A stretch of DNA of 64,000 nt from positions 1,461 through 65,460 of the forward strand of contig JBBIMI010000003.1 of the NCBI GenBank assembly GCA_037444485.1, written 5' to 3'. The notes below the pieces were generated by a model. That model made no database searches. It saw nothing but the letters and a program-made list of their open reading frames with translations, and had not been told where the DNA came from. How positions within the stretch are numbered: the first letter of the stretch is position 1; every line of letters starts with the position of its first letter. Position numbers and translations under genes: made by a program. This stretch comes from Candidatus Micrarchaeota archaeon. Lineage in GTDB: Archaea > Micrarchaeota > Micrarchaeia > Norongarragalinales > Norongarragalinaceae. This document shows, piece by piece, positions 9,248 to 19,200 of this stretch.

Positions 9248-9866
9248 GGCTTACAGCAATCAAGGCTTTTTCAAAAGGCTTTTTCAAAAAACAAAGAAAA
9301 CCCGTGTGTGTCAAACCCTTGGTTTCAGGCCTGCAGCCTTGCTCGCGCACTAGCCATTCGCGCGTCACGCATTCAAGAGAACGCTCGTGCTTGAACCCGA
9401 CCCGCAAGCCTTCGAAAACGAATTTCTTCAACTGTTCAACGTTAGGCGTGAAACCAACGCACCACCCGCCCTCGCGAAGCGCGCCGAACGCGTGCGCGAC
9501 AAGCTTTTCAGAATCAGCGCAGTCGAGAGTCACTAAGTCAACATTTTTTTCTTCTATTCCCTTGAACGCGTCCTTCTCAACGATTTCCACTACGCGCTCC
9601 AAGCCTGCTTTCGCGACGTTTTTCTTACTCAATTCTGCGAACTCTTGCCTGCGCTCGTAAGAATGCACGAAACCTTTTTCGCCCACAATGTTTCCCAAAA
9701 AAATTGCGAGAAAACCAGAGCCCGCACCAACGTCAACAACTTTCCCGCCGAACCCTAAGCCAGTAAAACCAGCGATTAGCGAGGCGTCCTTCAACAAAAC
9801 CACTTGGGGACCGCGCTCGAATTTCTTGAACAAGCTAACATCAATCAACTCTACACCACCAACCAA
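9231..9866 (-). CDS. trmI: tRNA (adenine-57/58-N1)-methyltransferase, short form
   Basis: RGPQVVLLKD, DVGAGSG, HSYERR, RP..LTHTGFL. Confidence 0.9.
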   Translation of the reverse strand: MVGGVELIDVSLFKKFERGPQVVLLKDASLIAGFTGLGFGGKVVDVGAGSGFLAIFLGNIVGEKGFVHSYERRQEFAELSKKNVAKAGLERVVEIVEKDAFKGIEEKNVDLVTLDCADSEKLVAHAFGALREGGWCVGFTPNVEQLKKFVFEGLRVGFKHERSLECVTREWLVREQGCRPETKGLTHTGFLCFLKKPFEKALIAVSLNHGF

Positions 9867-9874
9867 AAACTATT

Positions 9875-10033
9875 CGCCAACAACAAAACAAAATAAACTC
9901 ATACTACCAACAAACAAAACAACAAACAACTACACAAACCAAACAACAAACTTATGCCAACAACAAGAAACCCGATAACAAACTCGACAACAGACCCGAG
10001 AGACTCGACAACAAACCCGAGAGACTCGACAAC
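9875..10033. repeat. C/A-rich degenerate tandem repeat; motifs shared with 31525-31658
   Basis: GCCAACAACAA twice; ACTCGACAAC three times with ACCCGAGAG spacers (21-bp unit). Confidence 0.8.
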
Positions 10034-10146
10034 TGGTAACACTTATTTTTTAGAAACCGGTTTTATGAGAACGACTTAATAATAATTTTACCTTAATAAT
10101 TTAATAATAATTTTATCTTAATAATAACTTCACGCAATAACTTCAT

Positions 10147-10330
10147 GCCCCTGTAGCTTAGTGGTTAAAGCGCCTGTCTTGTACGAAGCTTTTCTTTCAA
10201 AAAAGAAGTTGAAAAAAGAAGAAAAGAAAAAAAGTTTTGAAAAAAGAAAACAAAAAAGAGAAAAGAAAAAAAAGAAGAAAAAGCGTTTCAGGAAAACAGG
10301 AGAACGAGAGTTCAAATCTCTCCAGGGGCT
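10147..10330 (+). tRNA. tRNA-Thr(UGU) with 111-nt intron at 37/38 (10184-10294)
   Basis: Acceptor GCCCCTG/CAGGGGC, anticodon stem CCTGT/ACAGG, TTCAAAT T-loop; BHB helix CTTG/CAGG with 3-nt bulges TA|C and AA|A. Confidence 0.93.
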
Positions 10331-10505
10331 ATAGCATTCCAGTATGCGCGTGAGAGTGCGCGTGAGAAAAAAATTGATTTTGGTTTTAACGCTATTGCTT
10401 TTTCGTCTGCGTTCAGAATCTCCGGCAGCAGTCGACGACAGCTGCTTCAACGAAACCGACGCCTTCAAACTCCAAAAAAAACAAGCTAGAAACTAAACAA
10501 TAAGC

Positions 10506-13500
10506 TTAAACGCGTTTCGCGTACTTTAACCTAACCAACGCGATGCTTGCAGCAAGCGCGGCGAGCATTGCGAGAAACGCTAACAACTCGCGCGGCCAGC
10601 TTGGCAGCGCGAGCGGACTTACGCCCCCGCCTGCAGTCGTAGTCGGCGCTGGTGGAGCGAAAAAGTTGTCTTGCGGCACGCCGCGAACGTTGCCAGCTGC
10701 GTCGCCGCTGAAAGCGATTCCTTTTTGCGCGAATTCAGGCGACAACGGAATGTCTTGACCGTTGTAAACGTTTATCGCGCCAGTAGTTGGATTGAATGTT
10801 AGAATTCCGTTCTGTCCGCGCGCAGCAAGCAACGGCAAGAATTCGCTTAAGCCGTCTGGCCCCTTTGCTTCAACCCAAGGCCCGCCGTCTGGGCCCTGCT
10901 TGAAACCGAAAACAAAGTTGCCTTTATCTGTTGGCACTACGAGATTGCCGTTCGCATCACGGTACGGCTCGCCAGTAATTCTGTAGTCCGTCGCTTGACC
11001 TGTTTTCTTGTCAATCACGCGTAGAATCGGGTTTCCCTGCGCGTCTTTCGTGAAAGCGTAAATGTGGTCTTTCGTCTCGAAAGACTGTATTCCGCCAGCG
11101 CCTTGAATTTGTTGAAGTGCTTGCTGTAAGCCGGACTCCATCCCGGTTTTTTCAGTAATGCTTAACTTCGGCGTGGTAGAACCATCCGCATTCTTCGCAG
11201 TTCCAACAACCCCGAAATCCTTGATTGCTTGCACGCCAGAAGCAGACAATACGTAAACAAACAAGTACAAGCGTTTGTTAACAGTGTCGAACTCGATTTT
11301 GCCTTGACTGCCTATAATAGTCTTAAGAAACCCTATTTCTTGGCCGCTCACGCTGCTGCCAGTAGGCCCACTCAAAAACACGCGTCCATCGCTAGAAACC
11401 TGTAACGTGGAGCCCAGCAACTGCGTTTGCTGGAGGGTGTTCTTGTCATCAATGCTTGGCGCGTTGACTTCAGTTCCAATCTTTCCGCTTGTCGAGGAAA
11501 CGCGCGTGAAACTAATTTCGTTGCCTGAAATTGAAGTGACGCCTTTGTCTGTGACTACGGTTGAAACCCTTCCCAAGAATGGCGTCAAATCGTCGCTTAC
11601 AATCCGCTTCGTTAAAGCACTCAACTGTTGTTTCAAGCAATCAATCGCGTTACAACTAGTCGCGAAAGAAATCCTGCCGTCGTACAAGATGTTTAACAAC
11701 GTTCCAGCGCAGCCGGCAATGTTTGCTTCAAACAACTTGTTCGGTAGAATAACACGGCCGTTCTCTTGCGTCATCAAGCGCGCGAGCGCGCGCAACTTCC
11801 AATCGTCTGAATCGAATTTTTGCAGGGTGTTTCCGTTCTTGTCGTAAAACGCTATTCCGTCAGTTGCGCTCAAACGCACTGCTTTGTCGTTAGACAAGTA
11901 GTTTTCTGCAAACGGACAACCCTTACCTGCAAGCTGGTCGAATAGTCCGCCTTTCGCTGAAAAAACGCTTTTCTCGATTTGCAGGTAGTAAAGCGCTTCA
12001 GGCTGCACGAAGCCTTTTTGGTCTTTCAAACCAGCTTTGAAATTCAAGATTTCAGTCATTTTAGAAAGCGGGTTTTCCTTTTGTTGGAACGCTTGTTGAG
12101 CTGCAGTCCCGATTCCCAACTGGCTTAAAACGTCTGTAACTGGCTGGAGTTTTTCAGCAACGCCTGAAACTTTTTTCTTGACCGCTTCAGGCAGCTTTTG
12201 GTAAGTCAAAACCTTGTATTCCGGGTCGGCGCAGGAACTAACGTACTGCTGTGCTTTAGAACCGAAATACCATTGGAAAGCGAAAGGCGTTTGAATGTTG
12301 TTAATAAAATTCAGGGTCCCGATTGGGGCCTTAACCCAAGCTGACTGCGCCAACGCTATTTTCTTGAATAACGACAACGAAGGCAACACCATGAGAGCCC
12401 AACCTGCAATCGTGGAAGCGGCGTACCCTGTTTTAAAGTGGGCTAACGTCGCTTTATCGCATTCTTGTCCTTTATACATGTACGGGTCGAACGAAACGAT
12501 GTAATCGTTTACCAGCAGAAACGTCGTTATTCCGAGAATGCTGGGTGCACCTACTGTTTGAGCCACGCCCCTCGCGAAAATAAATTGCGGAATTAGAGTC
12601 AAGACGTAAGAATAAAGTATTGCCTGGTTTTTAGTGTTCACAACCACGTTCGGAAAAGTGTTGTAGAGCTTGAACTGCAGGCTCGTGTACTTATCGTTTT
12701 CCGAAAAGCTGGAAACGTCCTCGAAGTTGGTCGCGTAAGAATCGCCGCGCCAACTAGTCTTGATTTTAATGTTGTCTGCTGTGCTGATGCTGGTAAAAGA
12801 ATTGCTTGAATCGATGCCTTTAGGGTTATTAATCAAGAAAACTTTTCCGGCGGAAAACGCCTTCGACGGCGCTGAAAAACTGGTTCCGAAAGTGTTTGCA
12901 ACAGATTCCAAAAGCCGACCGGTGCCGAACAAATCGCTTGCCTTCCTAAACTTGCCAGCGATTTCCGGGTGATTCACGTAAAGCTTGGCGAACGAATCTT
13001 TCGCTGGAGTAGAACCCTTTAAACTAAAGAAAACGCGGTCATTAATGGAATACAAAATCCTCGCTGGCCCGAGCCAAGTCGCACCCAAAATCAAGCCCAA
13101 ATAAACGCGCCTGCCCGCGTATTTGGCGATGTCGGCGTAAGCGTCAGCGCGCTTTTTCAGCAATTTAGTCTCAGCTTCAAGTTTTTTAACCGGGTCTTCA
13201 ACGCTTTTATAAGCCTGCATGCTGCGCGCGACTTGGCCGACTTCCGTCTGGAATTCTGCAGGAATCGCTCTGCCAACGTTGCCAGTAACTCCAAAAAGCT
13301 CGTCCAACTCTTCTCCAGTCAAGTAAAGGTTTCCTACCGCGAGCTTATCCCTGACTTTCTTTGCAGACTCACTACCAAGCCTGTTCGTGACCTCTCTCGT
13401 AAATTGAATGTCCAACGGATTCACTCCAGTTGGGTTAGTTCTAAGCAAGTTTTCCAGATCCCTGTACGACTGACTCGTTTCACTGAAAAACTGTGCCGCC

Positions 13501-14609
13501 CTAGTTCCTTGAGCTTGGGAAGCCCTCAACTCGCTGAGTTCTGCTTTTGCCGCAGCCAATTCTTCAGAAGCAGCCCTCCCAAAGTGAAGCGAACCTACTG
13601 CGAGAATAGTGCTAACCAAGAGATCGTACTTGTTCCAAGTGCTTGAATACGAAACCCAATCCTCGTAGAAAGAAGGAATCAGCATGTTTGCTCCGTTCGC
13701 ACCCAAATTCATGAAGCCAGTGACTTCGCTTCCAACCAAGTGTTGTTCTGAATCAAGTTGGTCAACTTCTTCACCGGAAGCTGACGAAACGAATTTTCCT
13801 TCCTGGCATTGTTTTGAAGTGCTGCTGCAATAATTCAAGTCTTTGTCTAACAACACAGCGTAAGTTACTCGCCCTTGAATGTTTTCGTTGTCTAAAGCGC
13901 ATTGTTTGGGATTCATTTCTTGCGCTTTCAGCAAGTCGCACAAGCTTGCTTCGTTTCGCCCCGGGGTTCCGCCCGCCACAACGATTTTCAAGTCCCTGCA
14001 TTTTCCAGGCTTTTCTTCAGGCGCTATTCCTGTAACTCTGCCTGGAAGTAAACCCATTTTTTGTAGTTGTTCGACAACAAAGTTTTTCGGTTTGCCGACT
14101 TGTTGAGCGTATTTTTCAGCGACGCTTACTGGAATGCTCGCAGTAGTCTTCACGCGTCCTTTGTCGTCGAAGTACTTGTCCAAGCAAGGCTTTACTTCTT
14201 CAGCCTTCAAGCTTTGACAATACTCTCTCAAACGCAAGTCTTTAGCTGCTTGTTGTTCGCTCACGCCGAGGATTCCGGCGACTTGAATCAAACTAATTTC
14301 TTCACCGCCGATTACAGCGCCCTGCACCGAAGGCGGAAAACGGTGTTTTCCCGCGTCCTGCATGTTCTTCAACGCTTCAGCAAACGGCAAGAAATTTATT
14401 TCGTTAGGCGAAAAACCCAGCGTGTTCGCCCACAACGATTGCACTTCCTGCGGAGTCATTTCAGAAACTCTACAGAAAACGCTGGCTTGAAGCGAAACCG
14501 CTTGCTGCGCTGAAGCTGGTTGAACTGGTTGAGCGAAACCGTAAGGAGCGAAGAGTTCCAGGAAAAGCAAAACCCCTGTTGTAAAGGCGAAAAACTTGAG
14601 TTTCTGCAT
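10506..14609 (-). CDS. Very large secreted/membrane protein of unknown function (1367 aa)
   Basis: Signal peptide, several internal hydrophobic helices, paired Cys, beta-rich C-terminal third, P/T linker, C-terminal TM plus basic tail. Confidence 0.85.
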   Translation of the reverse strand: MQKLKFFAFTTGVLLFLELFAPYGFAQPVQPASAQQAVSLQASVFCRVSEMTPQEVQSLWANTLGFSPNEINFLPFAEALKNMQDAGKHRFPPSVQGAVIGGEEISLIQVAGILGVSEQQAAKDLRLREYCQSLKAEEVKPCLDKYFDDKGRVKTTASIPVSVAEKYAQQVGKPKNFVVEQLQKMGLLPGRVTGIAPEEKPGKCRDLKIVVAGGTPGRNEASLCDLLKAQEMNPKQCALDNENIQGRVTYAVLLDKDLNYCSSTSKQCQEGKFVSSASGEEVDQLDSEQHLVGSEVTGFMNLGANGANMLIPSFYEDWVSYSSTWNKYDLLVSTILAVGSLHFGRAASEELAAAKAELSELRASQAQGTRAAQFFSETSQSYRDLENLLRTNPTGVNPLDIQFTREVTNRLGSESAKKVRDKLAVGNLYLTGEELDELFGVTGNVGRAIPAEFQTEVGQVARSMQAYKSVEDPVKKLEAETKLLKKRADAYADIAKYAGRRVYLGLILGATWLGPARILYSINDRVFFSLKGSTPAKDSFAKLYVNHPEIAGKFRKASDLFGTGRLLESVANTFGTSFSAPSKAFSAGKVFLINNPKGIDSSNSFTSISTADNIKIKTSWRGDSYATNFEDVSSFSENDKYTSLQFKLYNTFPNVVVNTKNQAILYSYVLTLIPQFIFARGVAQTVGAPSILGITTFLLVNDYIVSFDPYMYKGQECDKATLAHFKTGYAASTIAGWALMVLPSLSLFKKIALAQSAWVKAPIGTLNFINNIQTPFAFQWYFGSKAQQYVSSCADPEYKVLTYQKLPEAVKKKVSGVAEKLQPVTDVLSQLGIGTAAQQAFQQKENPLSKMTEILNFKAGLKDQKGFVQPEALYYLQIEKSVFSAKGGLFDQLAGKGCPFAENYLSNDKAVRLSATDGIAFYDKNGNTLQKFDSDDWKLRALARLMTQENGRVILPNKLFEANIAGCAGTLLNILYDGRISFATSCNAIDCLKQQLSALTKRIVSDDLTPFLGRVSTVVTDKGVTSISGNEISFTRVSSTSGKIGTEVNAPSIDDKNTLQQTQLLGSTLQVSSDGRVFLSGPTGSSVSGQEIGFLKTIIGSQGKIEFDTVNKRLYLFVYVLSASGVQAIKDFGVVGTAKNADGSTTPKLSITEKTGMESGLQQALQQIQGAGGIQSFETKDHIYAFTKDAQGNPILRVIDKKTGQATDYRITGEPYRDANGNLVVPTDKGNFVFGFKQGPDGGPWVEAKGPDGLSEFLPLLAARGQNGILTFNPTTGAINVYNGQDIPLSPEFAQKGIAFSGDAAGNVRGVPQDNFFAPPAPTTTAGGGVSPLALPSWPRELLAFLAMLAALAASIALVRLKYAKRV

Positions 14610-14716
14610 GAAAATAAAGAAGCCGCCAGAGTTTAAATAAACTATTGTTTAAATTTTTTAACTTCGGTTAAACTTCGGTTTAACTCTAGTTTAACTTCAG
14701 TCGATTTGGTTTAACT

Positions 14717-15037
14717 TTAGCCGAAAATGCTTCCGAAGCCTGCAGCCGCGCTTTCCGACTCGCTCTTGATTTGCGTTATTATCTTCGCTTTTTCGCCGCC
14801 CGTGAGTTCTTTCGCGTTTGGGAGCGCGGTTTCCAGTTTTTCTGCGAGTTTTTTTGCGAGTGCGGCGTCGGCGGACTCGAAGTAAAGCACGTATGCTCCG
14901 CCCTTCAACCCGAGGGCTGCGGATTCTTTGAGCGTGTACCCGTTTTTGGCGAACGAGTCGTCCGCGAAAGGATTTTCTTCAAGAACGCGCTTCAGCGCGG
15001 CGTAGTCTTTAGATTCTATCGAGAAAACGAACTCCAT
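14717..15037 (-). CDS. Small protein with P-stalk-like C-terminus (ESAAAGFGSIFG)
   Basis: ATG 15037 preceded by GGTG; 106 aa; function unknown. Confidence 0.8.
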   Translation of the reverse strand: MEFVFSIESKDYAALKRVLEENPFADDSFAKNGYTLKESAALGLKGGAYVLYFESADAALAKKLAEKLETALPNAKELTGGEKAKIITQIKSESESAAAGFGSIFG

Positions 15038-15116
15038 TTTTTGAGCACCATTTGTTTTATAAGACAATGAAGTTTATTACAGTTTTTTGAAGGTTTTAGG
15101 GTTTTGATTTTTGTGT

Positions 15117-15410
15117 TTATTGTTTCGTGGTTTTCTTTCCAACGCGGTAGCGGAACAAGCGTAGTCTTAATTCTTGCGGGTTGAGCGCAAGTTTTTTCAG
15201 GTTATTGTTTTTAGTAATATTGTTTTTAGTAATACTGTTTTTGTTAAGCATTGTTTTTGAAGGTTTGTTGAGTGCTGACGGCATTCCGTTTTCGCTGCGT
15301 TGTTCGAAAAAGTTTAACGTTTTTTTGTTTATTTTTTTACTGGCATTAGACATTTTTTTCGTCACTCTCGCGCGTAAGCGCGTCAAGCGCACGTCAAGTT
15401 TTTCTTCCAA
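15117..15410 (-). CDS. Putative small basic K/N-rich protein
   Basis: ORF overlapping the upstream stop; contains an in-frame 15-bp tandem repeat; may be non-coding. Confidence 0.35.
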   Translation of the reverse strand: MEEKLDVRLTRLRARVTKKMSNASKKINKKTLNFFEQRSENGMPSALNKPSKTMLNKNSITKNNITKNNNLKKLALNPQELRLRLFRYRVGKKTTKQ

Positions 15411-16221
15411 ACAGCGCGCCCCAATATGCTTTAGAATAAGCAGCGCCGATTACCTTCAACAAGCCGACTGTTTGCGCGTAATTCTCGCGCGTTTGTCTTT
15501 TTTGTTTAATCAAGCCATTCAACTTCAGCCCTGCCTCGCGCAATCCAGTAATGCGTTTTTCAACGCGTTCCTCTAACTTTTTCTTCTTGTAGTCAGGGAG
15601 TTTCATAAAACGCAGTTGCAACAGCGAAAGCGTGTAAGGACTTATTGAATGAATAAAATAAATTTTTTTGACGCGAGCCGGGCCTATTGCTAGAGCAAAG
15701 CGGGTTTCATAGTAAGGTTTTAAAACGCTTGCCAAAACGCGTTGCTTGAACAAGTCTAAACGCGCTCTCCGCAATTCTCTCTTCATTTCTTTTATCGCGT
15801 CAGCCAAAAACTTTTTGCGTTCCTTGAAGTCAAGCGCCCCCAACTTTTGCAGTTCCTCTCTCTTGATTTCCTCGACTTTTTGAAGGTGTTTGCTAGTAGT
15901 CGGAATGCCTGCCAACGCGTTTGCTGCGGCTGCGATGGTTGCGTACTGTCTTCCAAGCGACTTTACCGTATTCTCGAAATCCTTCACTTCCTTACGCGTT
16001 TCTCTCTTAGAAGAATAGAATTCCAACAACTGTGTTACTGAATGAATTTCTCCGCTAACGATTTTAGAAACAAGCGTGCTTGTAGTAAAACCCTTTAGTT
16101 TGTTTTGGGCTTGCTTTAACTTGTTGTTGAATTCCGTAAGGGTTTCACGGACGGCTTCATGCAACGCTTGAACTCCGGCGTTGACGTGCATCGCGCGCTC
16201 AAGCGTTTCCTCTAAAGGCAT
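15394..16221 (-). CDS. Hypothetical basic helical/coiled-coil protein downstream of smc
   Basis: Long ORF; likely start ATG 16221 after GGGTG; no recognised family. Confidence 0.7.
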   Translation of the reverse strand: MPLEETLERAMHVNAGVQALHEAVRETLTEFNNKLKQAQNKLKGFTTSTLVSKIVSGEIHSVTQLLEFYSSKRETRKEVKDFENTVKSLGRQYATIAAAANALAGIPTTSKHLQKVEEIKREELQKLGALDFKERKKFLADAIKEMKRELRRARLDLFKQRVLASVLKPYYETRFALAIGPARVKKIYFIHSISPYTLSLLQLRFMKLPDYKKKKLEERVEKRITGLREAGLKLNGLIKQKRQTRENYAQTVGLLKVIGAAYSKAYWGALFGRKT

Positions 16222-16285
16222 CCGCACACCCAAAAAATTATTCGCACGGAAATTAAAAAACATTTGCGTTCGCGTAACGCGAGCA

Positions 16286-19200
16286 TCAAGCAACTTGAAT
16301 TGCTTCAGCAGGCTCGGCTTCGCCGAGCTTGACTTCCACGAGCTTGCTGCCTTCCTTACTCATCGCGACGCCGATTAAGCACTCCGCGTTCTTGTAAACG
16401 TTTTCGTTGTGCGTTACTACTAGGAACTGAGTGCTTCGCGAAAGCTTTTTGAGGAGTTCAGAGAGCTTTCGCGAGTTCTCCGCGTCAAGCGCCGCATCCG
16501 CCTCGTCGAGAACGTAAATAGATGATGGGTTGACTGACTGTAACGCGAAGAGAAACAAGAGCGCAAGCAACGATTTCTCGCCTCCGCTTAAGAGCTCTAA
16601 GTACTTCGCTTCCTTGCCTTCGAGCTGCACGCGCATCGTCAAGCCACCTTCAAACGGGTTTTCCGGATTCTCGAGCGCGAGCTCTCCTTGGCCTGAGAAA
16701 ATCTGGTGGAACAAGCGCTTGAAGTTCTCGTTTACCGCGTCGAACGCCTGCGTGAAAGTCTTGATTTTCTTGCCCTCGATTTCAGTAATAATCGCGATTA
16801 CCGCCTGCTTTTCATTGCCGAGTTGTTCAACCCGCTCTTTCTGTTCGACGAGTTCCTTAGCGTGTTTGTCGAATTGCTCGATTGCACGCATGTTTATTTG
16901 CCCCAGCGCTTGTATTCGCTCTTCAAGATTCTTCAGTTCGACAAGCATTTGCGGCTTATCGCCAGCGTTCTTGCCTTGAATCAATTCAACGCCTTCGAAA
17001 GCAGCGTACTGCGCCTTCAAATCACTTAAACGCGTTTCAATAACTGCTTTGCGTACTTCAACCTCGTTGCTTTCTCGCGTCACCTTGTCTAAAGCGAATT
17101 GAAGCTTGCCTTTATCGTTGCCTAAGCGCATTACTTCCTTCTGCGCGTCCTCGCGGCATTCAATCAAGTCCTTTAACGCTGACGATAATCGCTTTTGTTC
17201 ACGCATTTTTTCCTCCAGCGCTGAACGCGCGGCCTTTATCTCTGAATCCGCGCGCTTCAAGTCCCTAAATGCGGCTTCTACCTCTTCGTTAAACTCGTTC
17301 TCTTGCTTGAGAATAGACTGCAGCTGGCGTTCAAAAACAGTTTTCTGCGCTTCAAGAGACTTTAATTGGTTTTCGAGGTTTGACGCGCTGACTTTGTAAT
17401 CGCTTACTTTCTTCTCGAGCTCGCGCACCGTGAAACCCAAACGTTGTTCTTTCTCTAAATCGATTTTTTGTTTCGCTTCAAGCGCGCGAATATTCAAGTC
17501 AGACAGCTTGCGCACGAGTTCGCTTCGCTTTTCGTTGCCTTGCGAAACCGCGAGGTCGCATTCCTTGATTTGCTTCTGGAGTTCTTTCACTGCTGCCGAC
17601 AAGTTCGCGTGCTGCTTGAACACCTTCTCTTCCTCCGCAGCCAAGTGTTCGAGTTCCAGCTGCGTAGTCCTCGCCTTGATTTCGAACTCGCTTTTTCGCC
17701 TGCGCAGTTCGCTGGCTTCCTGCCGCAATCGCGTCAAGCGCTCGACAATCTCGTCTTTCTCGCGCTTGCTTTGGTCGAGCTTCTCGCGCCACTCGCTCAA
17801 CTCGCGCGCTTCAACAAACGGGTTTACTTTCGCTTGCGTAAAGCCGCCGGTCACGAGGCCGCTTTGCTCTACGAGTTCCCCTTCCTGCGTAACCATGCGC
17901 GCAACACCCATCAGCTTCTCCGCATTCTTCAAGTCGTCGAAGAGAATAGTGTTGTTGCACGCGAACGCGAACGCTTTTTCGAAACGCTCGTCGTACTCTA
18001 GCAGGTCTTTAATGAAAGCCACCGCGCCTTTCTCTTTCAACAACGCTTTGTCTGGCTTTGGCGGCGCCTGAATTTTAGTCAACGGAATGAAGGTAACGCG
18101 TCCGGCACGCGTTTTCTTTAATTCTTCAATCGCTTTTCCAGCAGTGTCGACATCGTCGACAACCACGTAATTCAGCCTGCTTCCGAGCGCGACCGAAACC
18201 GGCAAAGCGTTTTTCGCCGAGTAAGAACACAATTGTTGGAGCGTGCCGTGAATTCCCCGCATTTTCTCTTGAAGCTGCAAGACGACTTCAAGAGCTTTGC
18301 TTGAGCCTTCGCCCGCGCTCCGCAACAACGCTTCTTTTTCAGCTATCTTCTCGCGTGAAGCGATAATCAAGTCTTCGAGAACCGCAATGCGTTGATTCGC
18401 TTTTTTCTCTTCCTCGAACAAAGCGTTGATTTTTTCTTCTAATTCCTTGACTGCGGCTTCCTCGCCCTTCAAACGCGTTTCGAGTGCGTTTTTCTTTTCG
18501 GAGAAATCCGCGATTCCTTCGCCGGTTCGCAGGCGCTGTAATTCATTCTCGCGCAAGCGCTTTAATTCCTCTTGCTTGCTTACTTCCGCCTGCAGCGCTG
18601 CGAGCTGTTCTTTCACTGCAAGCATTTCGTTGTTGGCTTGCTCGAAAACCATTCTCGCTTCGTGAAAGCCTGAGGAAAAGCGTTCTGATTCCTTCATCAA
18701 CGCATTCAGCTTCGCGCTTTCCTCGCCTAAAAGCTTGTTGACTGCGGAAAGCTCTTGCCCGAGTTCCTTCAAACGCGTTGCCGCTCCCTTCACCTCGTCT
18801 GCAGCGCGTTGTTTTTCGAGCGCAAGTTCCCGTTTGCGCCCTTCATTCTTCGAAATCGCGGCCTTGCGTTCCTCAACGAGTTTCAAATTCAGTGTTATCA
18901 TCGCGTTCAACGCGTCTATTTCTTTCTGTAATTCGGTTTCCTTGCCTTGACTGCGTTCAACGATTTCCTTGTTGATTACATCTATTTCTTGTTGTTTCAA
19001 AGCGATTTTTTCTTCGAACGCAGCTATTTCCTTGCGCAGTGCTTCACTCTTACTGTTTCCGTCCAAAAGCGTTTTCACGATGTCATCGAATTCTTTTTCC
19101 AGGTCCTTCAAGTCGACGAACAGCAAAGTCGCCTTCAAGCGCTTGACGCGCGCGTCGAGTTCAAGGAATTTCAACGCGTTCTCGCGGTCTTGCTTTAACT

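Noticed and set aside
9960..10033. Possible CRISPR mini-array (also 45290-45430 and 23521-23567)
   Set aside because: Units are 10-21 bp, directly abutting, with no unique spacers; no cas genes in the window.
10130..10468. 112-aa minus-strand ORF
   Set aside because: Antisense to tRNA-Thr; the poly-Phe run derives from the A-rich intron.
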